Assembly: GCA_023417515.1 (NCBI GenBank)
Contig: JAEZFL010000058.1
Coordinates: forward strand, 2,952-66,951
DNA length: 64,000 bases
Origin: Pseudomonadota bacterium
Lineage (GTDB): Bacteria > Pseudomonadota > Alphaproteobacteria > Sphingomonadales > Sphingomonadaceae
Direction of reading: 5' to 3'
The number at the start of each line of letters is the position of its first letter. The first letter of the stretch is position 1. Under the pieces are notes generated by a model. That model saw nothing but the letters and a program-made list of their open reading frames with translations, was not told where the DNA came from and made no database searches. A program made the translations under genes and the position numbers. Shown in pieces: positions 52,741 through 62,928 of the stretch.

Positions 52741-53181
52741 ATGGCGAGCCGCCCTATCATCTATGTGCTCAACGGTCCCAATCTCAACCTGCTGGGGCTG
52801 CGCGAGCCGGAAATCTACGGTTCCGACACGCTCGACGACATCGCCGGGCGGCTGGAGGACCGTGCGCGGGAGCTCGGCCTCGCCGTTGAGGTGCGCCAGT
52901 CCAACCATGAGGGGCACCTCATCGACTGGCTCCACGAGGCCGAGGCCGAAGGCGCCAAGGCCGTGATCCTCAACGCCGGCGGGTTCACCCACAGCTCCGT
53001 CGCCATCCACGACGCGGTCACATCCGTATCGGTGCCGGTGATCGAGGTTCACCTTTCGAATCCACAATCGCGCGAGCCGTTCCGGCGCACCAGCCTGGTG
53101 GCGCGCGCGGCCAGGGGAAGCATCTGCGGCTTCGGGGCGCTGGGCTATGAGCTCGCGCTGGACGCAGCCGCACGTCTCTGA
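52741..53181 (+). CDS. aroQ: Type II 3-dehydroquinate dehydratase
   Basis: [29 protein letters not shown]. Confidence 0.96.
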   Translation: MASRPIIYVLNGPNLNLLGLREPEIYGSDTLDDIAGRLEDRARELGLAVEVRQSNHEGHLIDWLHEAEAEGAKAVILNAGGFTHSSVAIHDAVTSVSVPVIEVHLSNPQSREPFRRTSLVARAARGSICGFGALGYELALDAAARL

Positions 53182-53209
53182 CAGGGAGCCCCGAACAGGG
53201 GAATTGAGA

Positions 53210-53695
53210 ATGAACGACGATAACGGTTCCAACGGGGCCATGCGGGTCGACACCGACCTGGTCCGCCAGCTCGCCGAGATGCTGAGCGAGAACGACCTCA
53301 CCGAGATCGAGGTCGAGGACGGCGACCGCAAGATTTGCGTGAAGCGCACGATCACCGCCGCGCCGATGGTGGCCGCCGCCCCGATGGCTCATGCGCCGGC
53401 CCCCGCCGCCGCCCCGGCCGGGGCCGCTGCCCCGGTTCAGGCCGCCGAGTCCGGGCCTCACCCCGGCTCCGTGCCCTCGCCGATGGTCGGTACCGTCTAT
53501 CTCTCGGCGGAGCCCGGCTCGAAGCCGTTCGTCGCGGTCGGCGACTCGGTGTCGCAGGGGCAGACCCTGCTGATCATCGAGGCGATGAAGGTGATGAACC
53601 AGATCCCGGCGCCGCGCTCCGGCACCGTCACCCGAATCTGCGTCCAGAATGCCGAGCCGGTCGAGTTCGGGCAGCCGCTGGTCGTGATCGAGTAA
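53210..53695 (+). CDS. accB: Acetyl-CoA carboxylase biotin carboxyl carrier protein
   Basis: SPMVGT, EAMKVMN. Confidence 0.96.
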   Translation: MNDDNGSNGAMRVDTDLVRQLAEMLSENDLTEIEVEDGDRKICVKRTITAAPMVAAAPMAHAPAPAAAPAGAAAPVQAAESGPHPGSVPSPMVGTVYLSAEPGSKPFVAVGDSVSQGQTLLIIEAMKVMNQIPAPRSGTVTRICVQNAEPVEFGQPLVVIE

Positions 53696-53696
53696 G

Positions 53697-55058
53697 ATGC
53701 CCGATATCCAGAAGGTCCTGATCGCCAACCGCGGCGAGATCGCGCTTCGGATCCACCGCGCCTGTCGCGAGATGGGGATCCGCACGGTGGCGGTCCATTC
53801 GACCGCGGACGCCGACGCCATGCACGTCCGCCTCGCCGACGAGGCGGTGTGCATCGGCCCCCCGAGTGCGACCGAATCCTATCTCAACATCCCCAACATC
53901 ATCTCGGCCGCCGAGATCGCCCATGCCGACGCGATTCACCCCGGCTACGGCTTCCTGTCGGAGAACGCCCAGTTCGCCGAGATCGTCGAAGCCCACAACC
54001 TGATCTGGATCGGCCCGAAGCCCGAGCACATCCGAACGATGGGCGACAAGGTCGAGGCCAAGCGCACCGCCGGCGCGCTGGGTCTGCCGCTCGTCCCGGG
54101 CTCCGACGGAGCGATCGAGGACGTCGCCGAGGCGCGCCGGCTCGCCCGCGAGATCGGCTATCCGGTGCTGATCAAGGCGGCGTCTGGCGGCGGCGGTCGC
54201 GGCATGAAGGTGGTTCCGTCCGAGGACCAGCTCGAGACCCTCATGCAGCAGGCCGCGTCCGAGGCGAAGGCGGCGTTCGGCGACGCCACCGTCTACATGG
54301 AGAAATATCTCGGCAATCCGCGCCACATCGAGTTCCAGGTGTTCGGCGACGGCGAAGGACAGGCCATCCATCTCGGCGAGCGCGACTGCTCGCTCCAGCG
54401 CCGCCACCAGAAGGTGCTCGAGGAGGCCCCCTCCCCGGTCATCTCCGCCGAGCAGCGCGACGAGATGGGCGGGATCGTCGCCAGGGCCATGGCGGAGATG
54501 GGCTATCGCGGCGCCGGCACGATCGAGTTCCTCTACGAGGACGGCCATTTCTACTTCATCGAGATGAACACCCGGCTCCAGGTCGAGCATCCGGTCACCG
54601 AGATGATCACCGGACTCGACCTCGTCCGCGAGCAGATACGGGTCGCCGAGGGCAAGGGCCTGACGCTGCGTCAGGAGGACGTCCAGTTCCGCGGCCACGC
54701 CATCGAGGTGCGAATCAACGCCGAGGACCCGGCGACCTTCGCTCCCTCGCCCGGGCTGGTGAAGAATTTCCACGCTCCGGGCGGAATGAACGTCCGGGTC
54801 GATAGCGGCCTCTACTCGGGCTACCGGGTGCCGCCTTATTACGACTCGATGGTCGCCAAGTTGATCGTCTACGGCACCACCCGCGACGGCGCGATGCGCC
54901 GCCTCCGCCGCGCTCTCGAAGAGTTCGTCATCGACGGCATCAAGACCACCATCCCGCTCCACCAGGCGGTGATCGAGGATTCCGAATTCCTTTCGGGCGA
55001 CTATACGATCAAGTGGCTCGAGGAGTGGCTCGCGAAGCAGTCGGAGAAGGCGGCGTGA
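53697..55058 (+). CDS. accC: Biotin carboxylase
   Basis: [33 protein letters not shown]. Confidence 0.97.
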   Translation: MPDIQKVLIANRGEIALRIHRACREMGIRTVAVHSTADADAMHVRLADEAVCIGPPSATESYLNIPNIISAAEIAHADAIHPGYGFLSENAQFAEIVEAHNLIWIGPKPEHIRTMGDKVEAKRTAGALGLPLVPGSDGAIEDVAEARRLAREIGYPVLIKAASGGGGRGMKVVPSEDQLETLMQQAASEAKAAFGDATVYMEKYLGNPRHIEFQVFGDGEGQAIHLGERDCSLQRRHQKVLEEAPSPVISAEQRDEMGGIVARAMAEMGYRGAGTIEFLYEDGHFYFIEMNTRLQVEHPVTEMITGLDLVREQIRVAEGKGLTLRQEDVQFRGHAIEVRINAEDPATFAPSPGLVKNFHAPGGMNVRVDSGLYSGYRVPPYYDSMVAKLIVYGTTRDGAMRRLRRALEEFVIDGIKTTIPLHQAVIEDSEFLSGDYTIKWLEEWLAKQSEKAA

Positions 55059-55390
55059 AGGCGACCATCTACCACAACCCCCGCTGCGGCACGTCGCGCA
55101 ACGCCCTCGCCATGCTCGAGGAATCCGGCGCCGACGTGACGGTGATCGAGTATCTGAAGTCGCCGCCCAGCCGCGAGGAATTGAAGCGCCTCTACGAACG
55201 CGCCGGAATCACGCCGCGCCAGGGGCTGCGCGCCAAGGAGGAGGCCGCGGCCGGCCTCGCCGGCGCCGGCGACGAGGAGATTCTCGACGCGATGATGAAG
55301 GACCCGATCCTCATCGAGCGGCCGCTGGTCGAGACCGACAAGGGCGCCCGCCTCGCCCGCCCGGCGGAGACGGTGAAGGAAATCCTTTAG
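55055..55390 (+). CDS. ArsC/Spx-family arsenate reductase-like protein
   Basis: [21 protein letters not shown] overlapping the accC stop. Confidence 0.88.
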   Translation: MKATIYHNPRCGTSRNALAMLEESGADVTVIEYLKSPPSREELKRLYERAGITPRQGLRAKEEAAAGLAGAGDEEILDAMMKDPILIERPLVETDKGARLARPAETVKEIL

Positions 55391-55400
55391 CCTCCTCGAA

Positions 55401-55486
55401 CCGTCACCCTGAACTTGTTTCAGGGTCCATTTCGCCGCTCGCATTGCGGCTCATCGATGGATGCTGAAACGAGTTCAGCATGACGG
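55401..55486. repeat. Palindromic repeat family B
   Basis: Inverted near-copy of 20079-20164. Confidence 0.85.
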
Positions 55487-55541
55487 GGTGCCGCACACAG
55501 GTTGGTGCAAATCACATCGGACTCGCGCTAACCTGTCGCAC

Positions 55542-56261
55542 ATGGCGGCGATCGATCCCGACCTGTTGCTGCGTGCCTATGCGATCGGCGTGTTCCCGAT
55601 GTCCGACGGGCGCGAGGCGAAGGACGTCTATTGGGTCGAGCCGCGCCGCCGCGCCATCCTGCCACTCCAGGGTTTCCATCTGTCGAGGTCGCTTCGGAAA
55701 ACGATCCGCTCCGACCGCTTCACCGTCACCCGCGACACCGCTTTCACGCGGGTCATCCGCGCCTGCGCCGAGCGCGACGAGACCTGGATCAACCCGGCGA
55801 TCGAGCAGAGCTACACCACCCTCCACGCGCTTGGGCAGGCGCATTCGATCGAGACCTGGCTGGACGGCGAGCTGGTCGGCGGCCTCTACGGCGTGCGTCT
55901 CGGCCCCGCTTTTTTCGGCGAGAGCATGTTCAGCCGGGCCACGGATGCGTCGAAGGTCGCCCTCGCCTGGCTGGTCGCGCGGCTGATCGCGGGGGGCTTC
56001 CGCCTGCTCGACTGCCAGTTCATGACCGATCACCTCAAGAGCCTCGGGGCGATCGAGGTCAGCCAGCAGCGCTACCTGGAGATGTTGACCGCCGAGTTGG
56101 AGGCGGCCGGCTCGCTCGACTCGCCGCCGGTGGCTTCGGTGCGCCGCGGCGGAGTCGCGGAGCCCGATTTCGGCAGGCTCGACCGGTTGCTCGAGGAATC
56201 GGCGGGCGCCTCCGGTGCCCCCGGATGCGTCATCGCGCAGCTCTTGACCCACACGTCGTAG
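55542..56261 (+). CDS. aat: Leucyl/phenylalanyl-tRNA--protein transferase
   Basis: LLRAYAIGVFPM, HSIE.W..LVGGLYG, FFGESMFS, DASKVAL. Confidence 0.95.
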   Translation: MAAIDPDLLLRAYAIGVFPMSDGREAKDVYWVEPRRRAILPLQGFHLSRSLRKTIRSDRFTVTRDTAFTRVIRACAERDETWINPAIEQSYTTLHALGQAHSIETWLDGELVGGLYGVRLGPAFFGESMFSRATDASKVALAWLVARLIAGGFRLLDCQFMTDHLKSLGAIEVSQQRYLEMLTAELEAAGSLDSPPVASVRRGGVAEPDFGRLDRLLEESAGASGAPGCVIAQLLTHTS

Positions 56262-56683
56262 ACGGGGTGCTCCACGACGTTGAGGGAAGGGCTCTCCTTG
56301 TAGACCCAGCCCGAGAAGATTCTCCGGAACGTGCCCTGGCGATCGGCGGTATCGACCTGGAGGAAGGCCCCGGTCAGCTGCTGCGGCTCGTGCGGCGCGG
56401 TCGTCTCGCAGGCGCGGAGGCGAATGATGATGTCGTTGTCGCGCACGGCCTGGCCGGGCCGCAGCGTGAGGTCGCGGGCGATCCCGTTGCGCTTGTTGAT
56501 GAGGCCGATGACCGCGACCCGCTCCGCCATCGGAGTGGTTCCGGGCGCCAGGGTGTCGGCCGCAGCGCGCACCGGCTCCGACTCGACCTGGCCGTTGGTC
56601 GCCTGGTTCTCCTCGCCCCCGCCGCACGCGGCGAGCGCGGTCAGGCCGGCAAGTGCGGCAGCGGTGAGGGGAGCGCGGCGCAT
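56072..56683 (-). CDS. DUF2155-domain lipoprotein
   Basis: Lipobox LAAC; LRACE, FSGW...SPSLN..EHPVYDVWV. Confidence 0.8.
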   Translation of the reverse strand: MRRAPLTAAALAGLTALAACGGGEENQATNGQVESEPVRAAADTLAPGTTPMAERVAVIGLINKRNGIARDLTLRPGQAVRDNDIIIRLRACETTAPHEPQQLTGAFLQVDTADRQGTFRRIFSGWVYKESPSLNVVEHPVYDVWVKSCAMTHPGAPEAPADSSSNRSSLPKSGSATPPRRTEATGGESSEPAASNSAVNISR

Positions 56684-56688
56684 GAAGC

Positions 56689-57069
56689 CTATTCGGGCGT
56701 CCAGGCCTGGTAGTCGCCGCTCGCCGCCTGGCGCTGGCCGCCGCGGGCGAGCGCTCCGGACGGGCGATAGGCATAGGGCGTCCCGGTCAGGTTCGGGGTC
56801 GGCTCCTTGAGGAACTTGGGCGCCGGCGGAAGCGCCTTGTCCGGAACGTCGTCGATCAGCTTGTGCATCCACGCATACCATTCCGGCGGAATCCGGCTCG
56901 CGTCGTTCACGCCATTGTAGATGACGTAGCGGCGGTCGCCCTTCTTGGACTGGTAGTAGATATTGCCGTTGAGATCGCGGCCCACCTCGCGGCCGGTGCC
57001 GCGGATGTGCATCCCGGCGCCGATCGTCGCGCCGTTCCACCAGGTGAAGATCTTGCCGAGGAAACCCAT
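56689..57069 (-). CDS. NDUFA12 family protein
   Basis: FTWWNGAT, GNIYY, RYVIYNG..DASRIPPEW, YQAWTP. Confidence 0.9.
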   Translation of the reverse strand: MGFLGKIFTWWNGATIGAGMHIRGTGREVGRDLNGNIYYQSKKGDRRYVIYNGVNDASRIPPEWYAWMHKLIDDVPDKALPPAPKFLKEPTPNLTGTPYAYRPSGALARGGQRQAASGDYQAWTPE

Positions 57070-57106
57070 GGGCCGCGCCTACGGCTTATCCGCGTCCAGT
57101 TTCAAG

Positions 57107-57251
57107 CCCCTCCCTTTCAAGGGAGGGGTTGGGGTGGGTGCGCGCGTCTGCGCGCCAAAAGACTTTTCCGATGTGCTCGAAGCGCCAGCCGGGGCATCGA
57201 GCCCCGCCCGTCGCTTGCCCCACCCCGTGCCCCTCCCCTGAAGGGGAGGGG
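57107..57251. repeat. Palindromic repeat family A2
   Basis: CCCCTCCCTTTCAAGGGAGGGG..GGGGTGGG..CCCACCCC..CCCCTCCCCTGAAGGGGAGGGG. Confidence 0.8.
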
Positions 57252-57265
57252 TGAAGTTGATTGAA

Positions 57266-57859
57266 TCAGCGCGCCTCGACCTCGACCGCGAGCGGGCCTT
57301 TCTTGCCGACCGCGATTCGCGCCCGCAGCGGCTGGTCGGGGAACAGGTCGGCGAGGCCGCCGCGGCGCACCGTCTCCATGTGAACGAACACGTCCTCGTC
57401 GTCGCCTTCCTCGCGGACCAGGAAGCCGTAGCCGCGCAGGCGGTTGAACCATTTGACCTTGACCGCCTCGAACGGCCCGGCGGAGTCTAGCAGCGCGGCG
57501 GGATTGACCCGCTCGCTCTGCTCCGCCTGGGCCCGGTTGAGCTCGGGCACCAGCGCCTGGCTGAGATCGATGCTGATCACCTTGCGGGCCTGCAGCCCGC
57601 GCTCCTGATGGGCGACCAGGCACTCGACGATCGCGCCCTCCGGAAGGCTTCGGCGGTCATGCTCGCGAAGCACCGTGAAGTGGATGAGGACGTCGCCGGC
57701 GACCTCGTCGCTGACCACGAATCCGAAGCCGCGGGTGGCGTCGAACCATTTGACCGTGCCGGTGACCCGCTGAAGGGCATCGCCATCCCCGGCCGCGGGA
57801 TGACCGCCACCGGTGCCGCCGACGGCCCCGCCTTCCTCACTCTCGCTGCGCGACATCAT
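57266..57859 (-). CDS. Two-domain cold-shock protein
   Basis: Two CSDs: VKWFDATRGFGF and VKWFNRLRGYGF..VFVH. Confidence 0.9.
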   Translation of the reverse strand: MMSRSESEEGGAVGGTGGGHPAAGDGDALQRVTGTVKWFDATRGFGFVVSDEVAGDVLIHFTVLREHDRRSLPEGAIVECLVAHQERGLQARKVISIDLSQALVPELNRAQAEQSERVNPAALLDSAGPFEAVKVKWFNRLRGYGFLVREEGDDEDVFVHMETVRRGGLADLFPDQPLRARIAVGKKGPLAVEVEAR

Positions 57860-57927
57860 CAACGGCCTATCAACCACGGCACCGTAGAAGTACCATGGTT
57901 TTGCATTTTGTGAACTGTGGCAGGCGA

Positions 57928-58467
57928 TTAATCGTCCGCTTCCGGGAATTCCCCGGGCCGGGCCGCGACGATCTTCCTCGCCAGGCCGAGCGGGTGGCCC
58001 GCCCGCAGCATCGCTGCCAGCTTCTTCTCCCGTTCCGGGCGCTCCGGCCAGGCATCGGCATAGGGGCCGATCCGCCGCCGCTCGGCGAAGCGCAGGGCCG
58101 CATTCCAAGCCTCGGCCTCGGCATATTCGCGCGCCGCCGAGCCGTCCGCTTCCTCGACCCCGGCGACCTTGAGCGCCGTCTCGACCCGCCGAGCGCCATA
58201 GCCGCGCCGCGACAGCGACTCCGCCCGAGCCGTCGCGAAGGCGGCGTCGTCGACATAGCCGAGCCGGGCGCAGCGCTCGACCAGGCCGTCGACCGGCGGC
58301 TCCCCGTCGCCTGCCCAGCCGCGCTCGCGCAGCTTGCGCGCGAGATAGGCCTTGAGTTTCGCGCGCGTAACGGCGTAGCGCCCGGCATAGCCGATGGCGA
58401 GCCGTTCGAGCCCCTCGCCGTCGAGCGGCGGCACCACGCGTTTGCGACGTTCCTGCTGCACGGCCAT
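57928..58467 (-). CDS. recX: Regulatory protein RecX
   Basis: GYVDDAAFA, RRGYGARR, MLRAGH. Confidence 0.8.
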   Translation of the reverse strand: MAVQQERRKRVVPPLDGEGLERLAIGYAGRYAVTRAKLKAYLARKLRERGWAGDGEPPVDGLVERCARLGYVDDAAFATARAESLSRRGYGARRVETALKVAGVEEADGSAAREYAEAEAWNAALRFAERRRIGPYADAWPERPEREKKLAAMLRAGHPLGLARKIVAARPGEFPEADD

Positions 58468-58600
58468 GATTGTGCCACAGTAGAGCCGGATTATGAACGC
58501 GCTCGCCGCCTTAGGGGCAGGCTCGGGGCTCTGTGCTGCCTCGAAGCGCGGCGACCTGCGGTGACCAGAAAAAGCCAAGTGATAAGGGATTGAGCCAGAC

Positions 58601-60355
58601 GTGATTGAGAATGGTGCAGGCGCCGGCATGGCCGAGCCGACCCCCACCGACGATGGCACGGTCCGCCGCTATGCGGACTTCGCGACCCTCGGCGAGGCCC
58701 TCGATTATGCGGCCCAGGGTGCGCGCGGCCTCAACTTCCATGACGCGCGGGCGCGGCTCGAGCGTGTCTATCCGTTCAGCGAGCTGCGCAGCGACGCCCT
58801 CGCCTGGGCCTACCGCCTGATCGCGCGCGGCGTGAAGCCCGGCGACCGAATCGCGCTGATCGCCGAGACCGCCCCGGAATTCTGCTCGCTCTTCTTCGGC
58901 GCGGTCTATGCCGGCGCGTGGCCGATCCCGCTGCCGCTGCCGACCTCGTTCGGCGGCGCTCAATCCTATATCGACCAGCTCGGGGTCCAGCTGAAGAGCG
59001 CGGACCCGCTGATGCTGGTCTATCCGCCGATGCTTGCGAGCCTCGCCGGCGCGGCGGCCGAGGCGGCCGGAGTCCCCGGCCTCGACTGGAGCCGCTTCGG
59101 CGAGGAGGACGCTCCCGCGGTCGAGCTTCCGGGCGCCAGCCCCGACGACGTCGCCTATCTGCAATATTCCAGCGGCTCGACCCGCTTCCCGCACGGCGTG
59201 GTCATCACCCACAAAGCCCTGATGAGCAATCTCGCGGCGCACAGCCACGGAATGAAGCTCGGCGACGGCGACCGCGGGGTCGCCTGGCTGCCTTTCTACC
59301 ATGACATGGGCCTGGTCGGCTGCCTGTTGTCGCCGGTCGCCAACCAGATGTCGGCCGACTATCTCAAGACCGAGGATTTCGCGCGCCGCCCGCTCGCCTG
59401 GCTCGACCTCATCAGCCGGCACGAGGGCACGACGATGAGCTACTCGCCGAGCTTCGGCTACGACATCTGCGCCCGCCGCGTGTCCAGCCAGGTCAACGTC
59501 GCCGAGCGCTTCGACCTGTCGCGCTGGCGCATCGCCGGCAATGGCGCCGACATGATCCGGCCCGACGTGATGCAGGCCTTCGTCGACGCCTTCGCCCCGG
59601 CCGGCTTCGACGCCAAGGCGTTCCTTCCCAGCTACGGCCTCGCCGAGGCCACCCTCGCCGTGTCGATCATGCCGCCGGGCGAGGGCATCGTCGTCGAGCT
59701 GGTCGAGGAGACCCTGCTCGCCGGCGGCACCAGCGGCGAGCGCGACCGCCCGCAGCGCTACCGCGCCGTGGTCAATTGCGGCAAGCCGGCGCTGGGCATG
59801 GAGATCGAGATCCGCGACGAGAGCGGCAACCCGCTCGGCAACCGCCAGGTCGGCAAGGTCTGGTGCCGCGGCTCGTCGGTCATGGCCGGCTATTTCCGCG
59901 ACGAGGAGGCGACCAACGCCTGCCTCACCGAGGACGGCTGGCTCGACACCGGCGACATGGGCTATTTGAGCGACGGCTACATCTACATCGTCGGCCGCGC
60001 CAAGGACATGATCATCATCAACGGCAAGAACCACTGGCCCCAGGACATCGAGTGGGCGGTGGAGCAATTGCCGGGCTTCAAGGCCGGCGACATCGCCGCC
60101 TTCTCGATCACCACCCAGGGCGGCGAGGAAACCCCCGCTGTCCTCGTCCAGTGCCGCACCTCGGACCTCGACGAGCGCGCCAAGCTGCGCGAGCTGATCC
60201 GCGAGCGGGTCCGCGCCATCACCGGGATCAACTGCGTGATCGAGCTGGTCCCGCCCCGCTCGCTGCCGCGCACCAGCTCGGGCAAGCTGTCCCGCGCCAA
60301 GGCCCGCAACCTCTATCTGAGCGGCGAGATCACCACCTACGATATCGCCGCTTGA
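58601..60355 (+). CDS. Fatty acyl-AMP ligase
   Basis: YLQYSSGSTRFP, WLPFYHDMGL, YGLAEATL, TGD, RTSSGK; start may be ATG 58628. Confidence 0.9.
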   Translation: MIENGAGAGMAEPTPTDDGTVRRYADFATLGEALDYAAQGARGLNFHDARARLERVYPFSELRSDALAWAYRLIARGVKPGDRIALIAETAPEFCSLFFGAVYAGAWPIPLPLPTSFGGAQSYIDQLGVQLKSADPLMLVYPPMLASLAGAAAEAAGVPGLDWSRFGEEDAPAVELPGASPDDVAYLQYSSGSTRFPHGVVITHKALMSNLAAHSHGMKLGDGDRGVAWLPFYHDMGLVGCLLSPVANQMSADYLKTEDFARRPLAWLDLISRHEGTTMSYSPSFGYDICARRVSSQVNVAERFDLSRWRIAGNGADMIRPDVMQAFVDAFAPAGFDAKAFLPSYGLAEATLAVSIMPPGEGIVVELVEETLLAGGTSGERDRPQRYRAVVNCGKPALGMEIEIRDESGNPLGNRQVGKVWCRGSSVMAGYFRDEEATNACLTEDGWLDTGDMGYLSDGYIYIVGRAKDMIIINGKNHWPQDIEWAVEQLPGFKAGDIAAFSITTQGGEETPAVLVQCRTSDLDERAKLRELIRERVRAITGINCVIELVPPRSLPRTSSGKLSRAKARNLYLSGEITTYDIAA

Positions 60356-60487
60356 GCGCCCGAGCGTAGCGAGCGGATTGCGCAGCGATCGTCGAGCAGC
60401 GCGAAGAGAGCGCGAAAGCCGGCCAGCCTGCCCCCGGACCCTGGCCGGGGGGACAGGTCTGACGTCACGGGATTTACTCCCGTGACG
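60356..60487. repeat. Structured repeat family C, copy 1
   Basis: GCGCCCGAGC...GCCGGCCAGCCTG-hairpin-ACAGG.CTGACGTCACGGGA..TCCCGTGACG; copy 2 at 61624. Confidence 0.7.
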
Positions 60488-60581
60488 GCCTCGCAGCCCC
60501 CCCAACTGCTCGCGCACGCAAAAGGTCAGCCCTTCGACAGACTCAGGGCAGCCGGTGCGTTCGACGATATCTGGAAAAGAT

Positions 60582-60657
60582 TGGCAGGAGTGGAGGGACT
60601 CGAACCCACGGCCCTCGGTTTTGGAGACCGATGCTCTACCAGCTGAGCTACACTCCT
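60582..60657 (-). tRNA. tRNA-Trp(CCA)
   Basis: AGGAGTGTAGCTCAGCTGGTAGAGCATCGGTCT-CCA-AAACCGAGGGCCGTGGGTTCGAGTCCCTCCACTCCTG-CCA; 76 nt cloverleaf. Confidence 0.97.
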
Positions 60658-60863
60658 GCACGCCGGAGCGAGCCAGATAGCGACAGGAACCGGGCTCCGC
60701 AAGCGCGCCCGCTCCCCATCTTCGCAAGCGCCACCTTCTTGCTTTCCCTTTACGCCGCCGCTAATCGGCCTATCTCCCGTACATCGGAAATCCCCTCGGC
60801 TGACCGGCCCACCGGTCCCGGGCGGCTGCCCGGAACGGCAGATTTCACAAGGAACAGGCACAG

Positions 60864-61061
60864 GTGGCGAAAACCTCCCCAGGCGAATTCTTCCGGCAGG
60901 TCCGCGCCGAAACCGCGAAGATCGTGTGGCCGACCCGCAAGGAAACGATGATGACGGCGGTGATGGTGGTGATCATGACCACGATCCTCGGCCTGTTCTT
61001 CTTCGGCATCGATTCGGCGTTCAGCGCGATCGTTCGCAACCTCATCGCCCTCATCAGCTAA
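60864..61061 (+). CDS. secE: Preprotein translocase SecE
   Basis: EFFRQVRAE..KIVWPTRKE; directly before nusG. Confidence 0.95.
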   Translation: MAKTSPGEFFRQVRAETAKIVWPTRKETMMTAVMVVIMTTILGLFFFGIDSAFSAIVRNLIALIS

Positions 61062-61080
61062 CCGGAGCAAGAGCCGCCCC

Positions 61081-61617
61081 ATGTCCCGCTGGTACATCAT
61101 CCACGCTTATTCGGGCTTCGAGAACAAGGTCCGCGACGCGATCCTGTCCGAGGCCAACCGGCTCGCGCTCACCCCGCTGGTCGAGGCAGTCGAGGTCCCG
61201 ACCGAGAAGATCACCGAGGTCCGCCGCGGCAAGAAGGTGACGTCGGACCGCAAGTTCTTCCCGGGCTATGTGCTGGCCAAGCTCAGCATGACCGACGACG
61301 TCTATCACCTGATCAAGAACACGCCGAAGGTGACCGGCTTCCTCGGCTCGAGCGGCAAGCCGCAGCCGATCAGCGACGCCGAGGCGAACCGCATCCTCAA
61401 CACCAAGGAGGAGGCCGCCGCCGCGCCCAAGACCAGGATCAACGTCGATTATGAGATCGGCGACCAGGTCAAGGTTCTCGAGGGTCCGTTCGCGAGCTTC
61501 AACGGAGTCGTCGAGGAGCTCGACTTCGACCGCAGCCGGGTCAAGGTCAGCGTCTCCATCTTCGGCCGCGCCACCCCGGTCGAGCTCGAGTTCGAGCAGG
61601 TCGAACGAATGAAGTGA
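61081..61617 (+). CDS. nusG: Transcription factor NusG
   Basis: WYIIHAYSGFE, FFPGYVL, GPFASF.G KOW, IFGRATPVEL. Confidence 0.97.
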   Translation: MSRWYIIHAYSGFENKVRDAILSEANRLALTPLVEAVEVPTEKITEVRRGKKVTSDRKFFPGYVLAKLSMTDDVYHLIKNTPKVTGFLGSSGKPQPISDAEANRILNTKEEAAAAPKTRINVDYEIGDQVKVLEGPFASFNGVVEELDFDRSRVKVSVSIFGRATPVELEFEQVERMK

Positions 61618-61623
61618 GCCGAG

Positions 61624-61748
61624 GCGCCCGAGCCTAAGACGTCGCGATCGCCGTCTTAGGCAAGGACCAGCGCCCGGCCGGCCAGCCTGCGTCCGGAGCG
61701 AAGCCGGAGGACGACAGGCCTGACGTTACGGGACTTGCTCCCGTGACG
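61624..61748. repeat. Structured repeat family C, copy 2
   Basis: Same conserved blocks as 60356-60487 with different stem sequences. Confidence 0.7.
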
Positions 61749-61762
61749 CCCCCCTCCCTCGC

Positions 61763-62218
61763 TCAAATCGCCAGCTTCACCCCGTGGAGCCGCACCACCT
61801 GGCGGCCGTCGCAGACCGGCATTGCGATCAGCCGCATCCAGCGCGCGTCGCCCCGTGCAGGCCTGAGCTCGGCGTCGAGCGTGAATCCGCGCCGGTGCCT
61901 GATCGCGTAGGCGCGCAGGCGCTCCATCGCCGCCCCCGAGCTCTCGGCATAAAGCTCGACCACGTCGCGTCGGCGCACCCGGGCGCCGCGCGGCAGGCCG
62001 AAAATGTCGTACACCGCGTCCGACCAGGTGAGGGAATTGTCGGCGAGGTCGCATTCCCACAGGCCGATGCCTTGCGCCGCCCACTCCTCGGGCAACGGCC
62101 CCGCGGACAGGATTGGCCCCGATGCCGGCCAGGCGAAGGCATGGCCGAGCTCGAACCGCCGCTCGCGCTCGAACAGCGGCCAGCTATGGTGAAGCGGCAA
62201 AGGCTCGGTCGGCTTCAA
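61763..62218 (-). CDS. Stand-alone PAS-domain protein
   Basis: IGLWECDL..LTWSDAVYDIFGL; TTG start uncertain. Confidence 0.7.
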   Translation of the reverse strand: MKPTEPLPLHHSWPLFERERRFELGHAFAWPASGPILSAGPLPEEWAAQGIGLWECDLADNSLTWSDAVYDIFGLPRGARVRRRDVVELYAESSGAAMERLRAYAIRHRRGFTLDAELRPARGDARWMRLIAMPVCDGRQVVRLHGVKLAI

Positions 62219-62279
62219 GTCGCCATGGTCCCCCGGTATCGGGCTTTCCTAACCGGCGCTGCTTAAGAAAGCGGAACCG

Positions 62280-62918
62280 TCAGGCGACCAGTGCCACCCC
62301 TGCCCGCGCGAATTCGGCCTCGGCGGCGTCCGCCGTCGTCCCGCCGCCCTCGGCAGGCATGGCGATCGCCCGGGTGAGCGGCTTCACCACCACGGCCTCG
62401 AACCCGAGCCGCCGCGCGTCGAGCGCCGACCATGCGACGCAGAAATCATAAGCGAGGCCGACGAGGACGCAGCGCTTCACGCCTTTCTCGCGCAAATAGC
62501 CGGCAAGGCCGGTCGGCGTCGTCTTGTCGTTCTCGAAAAAGGCCGAATAGGAATCGATGTCCGGGTTCGTGCCCTTGCGCAGGATGAGCTGGGCACGCTC
62601 GACGGTTCCGGCGATGTCGGCATGAAAGCCGGCCCCCGCGCTGCCCTGCACGCAATGGTCCGGCCACAGGACCTGGGTTCCGTAAGCCAGCTCGGCCGTC
62701 CCGAACGGCTCCCGGCCCTGATGGCTGCTGGCGAACGACTTGTGCCCGCGCGGGTGCCAGTCCTGCGTGATCACGACGAGGTCGAAGCGCTCGGCCAGCT
62801 CCGCGATCCCGCCCATGATTTCGTCGCCGCCGGCCACGGCCAGGGCGCCGCCGGGGCAGAAATCCAGTTGCGGGTCGATGACGATCAGCGCGTCGCCAGC
62901 GCGGGCCTCGATATCCAT
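62280..62918 (-). CDS. pncA: Nicotinamidase/pyrazinamidase
   Basis: IDPQLDFCPGGAL, QDWHP, WPDHC, DSYSAF, AYDFCV. Confidence 0.95.
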   Translation of the reverse strand: MDIEARAGDALIVIDPQLDFCPGGALAVAGGDEIMGGIAELAERFDLVVITQDWHPRGHKSFASSHQGREPFGTAELAYGTQVLWPDHCVQGSAGAGFHADIAGTVERAQLILRKGTNPDIDSYSAFFENDKTTPTGLAGYLREKGVKRCVLVGLAYDFCVAWSALDARRLGFEAVVVKPLTRAIAMPAEGGGTTADAAEAEFARAGVALVA

Positions 62919-62928
62919 GCCTCTCCCC

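Noticed and set aside
60500..60660. Integrative element at tRNA-Trp
   Set aside because: No integrase, and no duplicated tRNA 3' end was seen.
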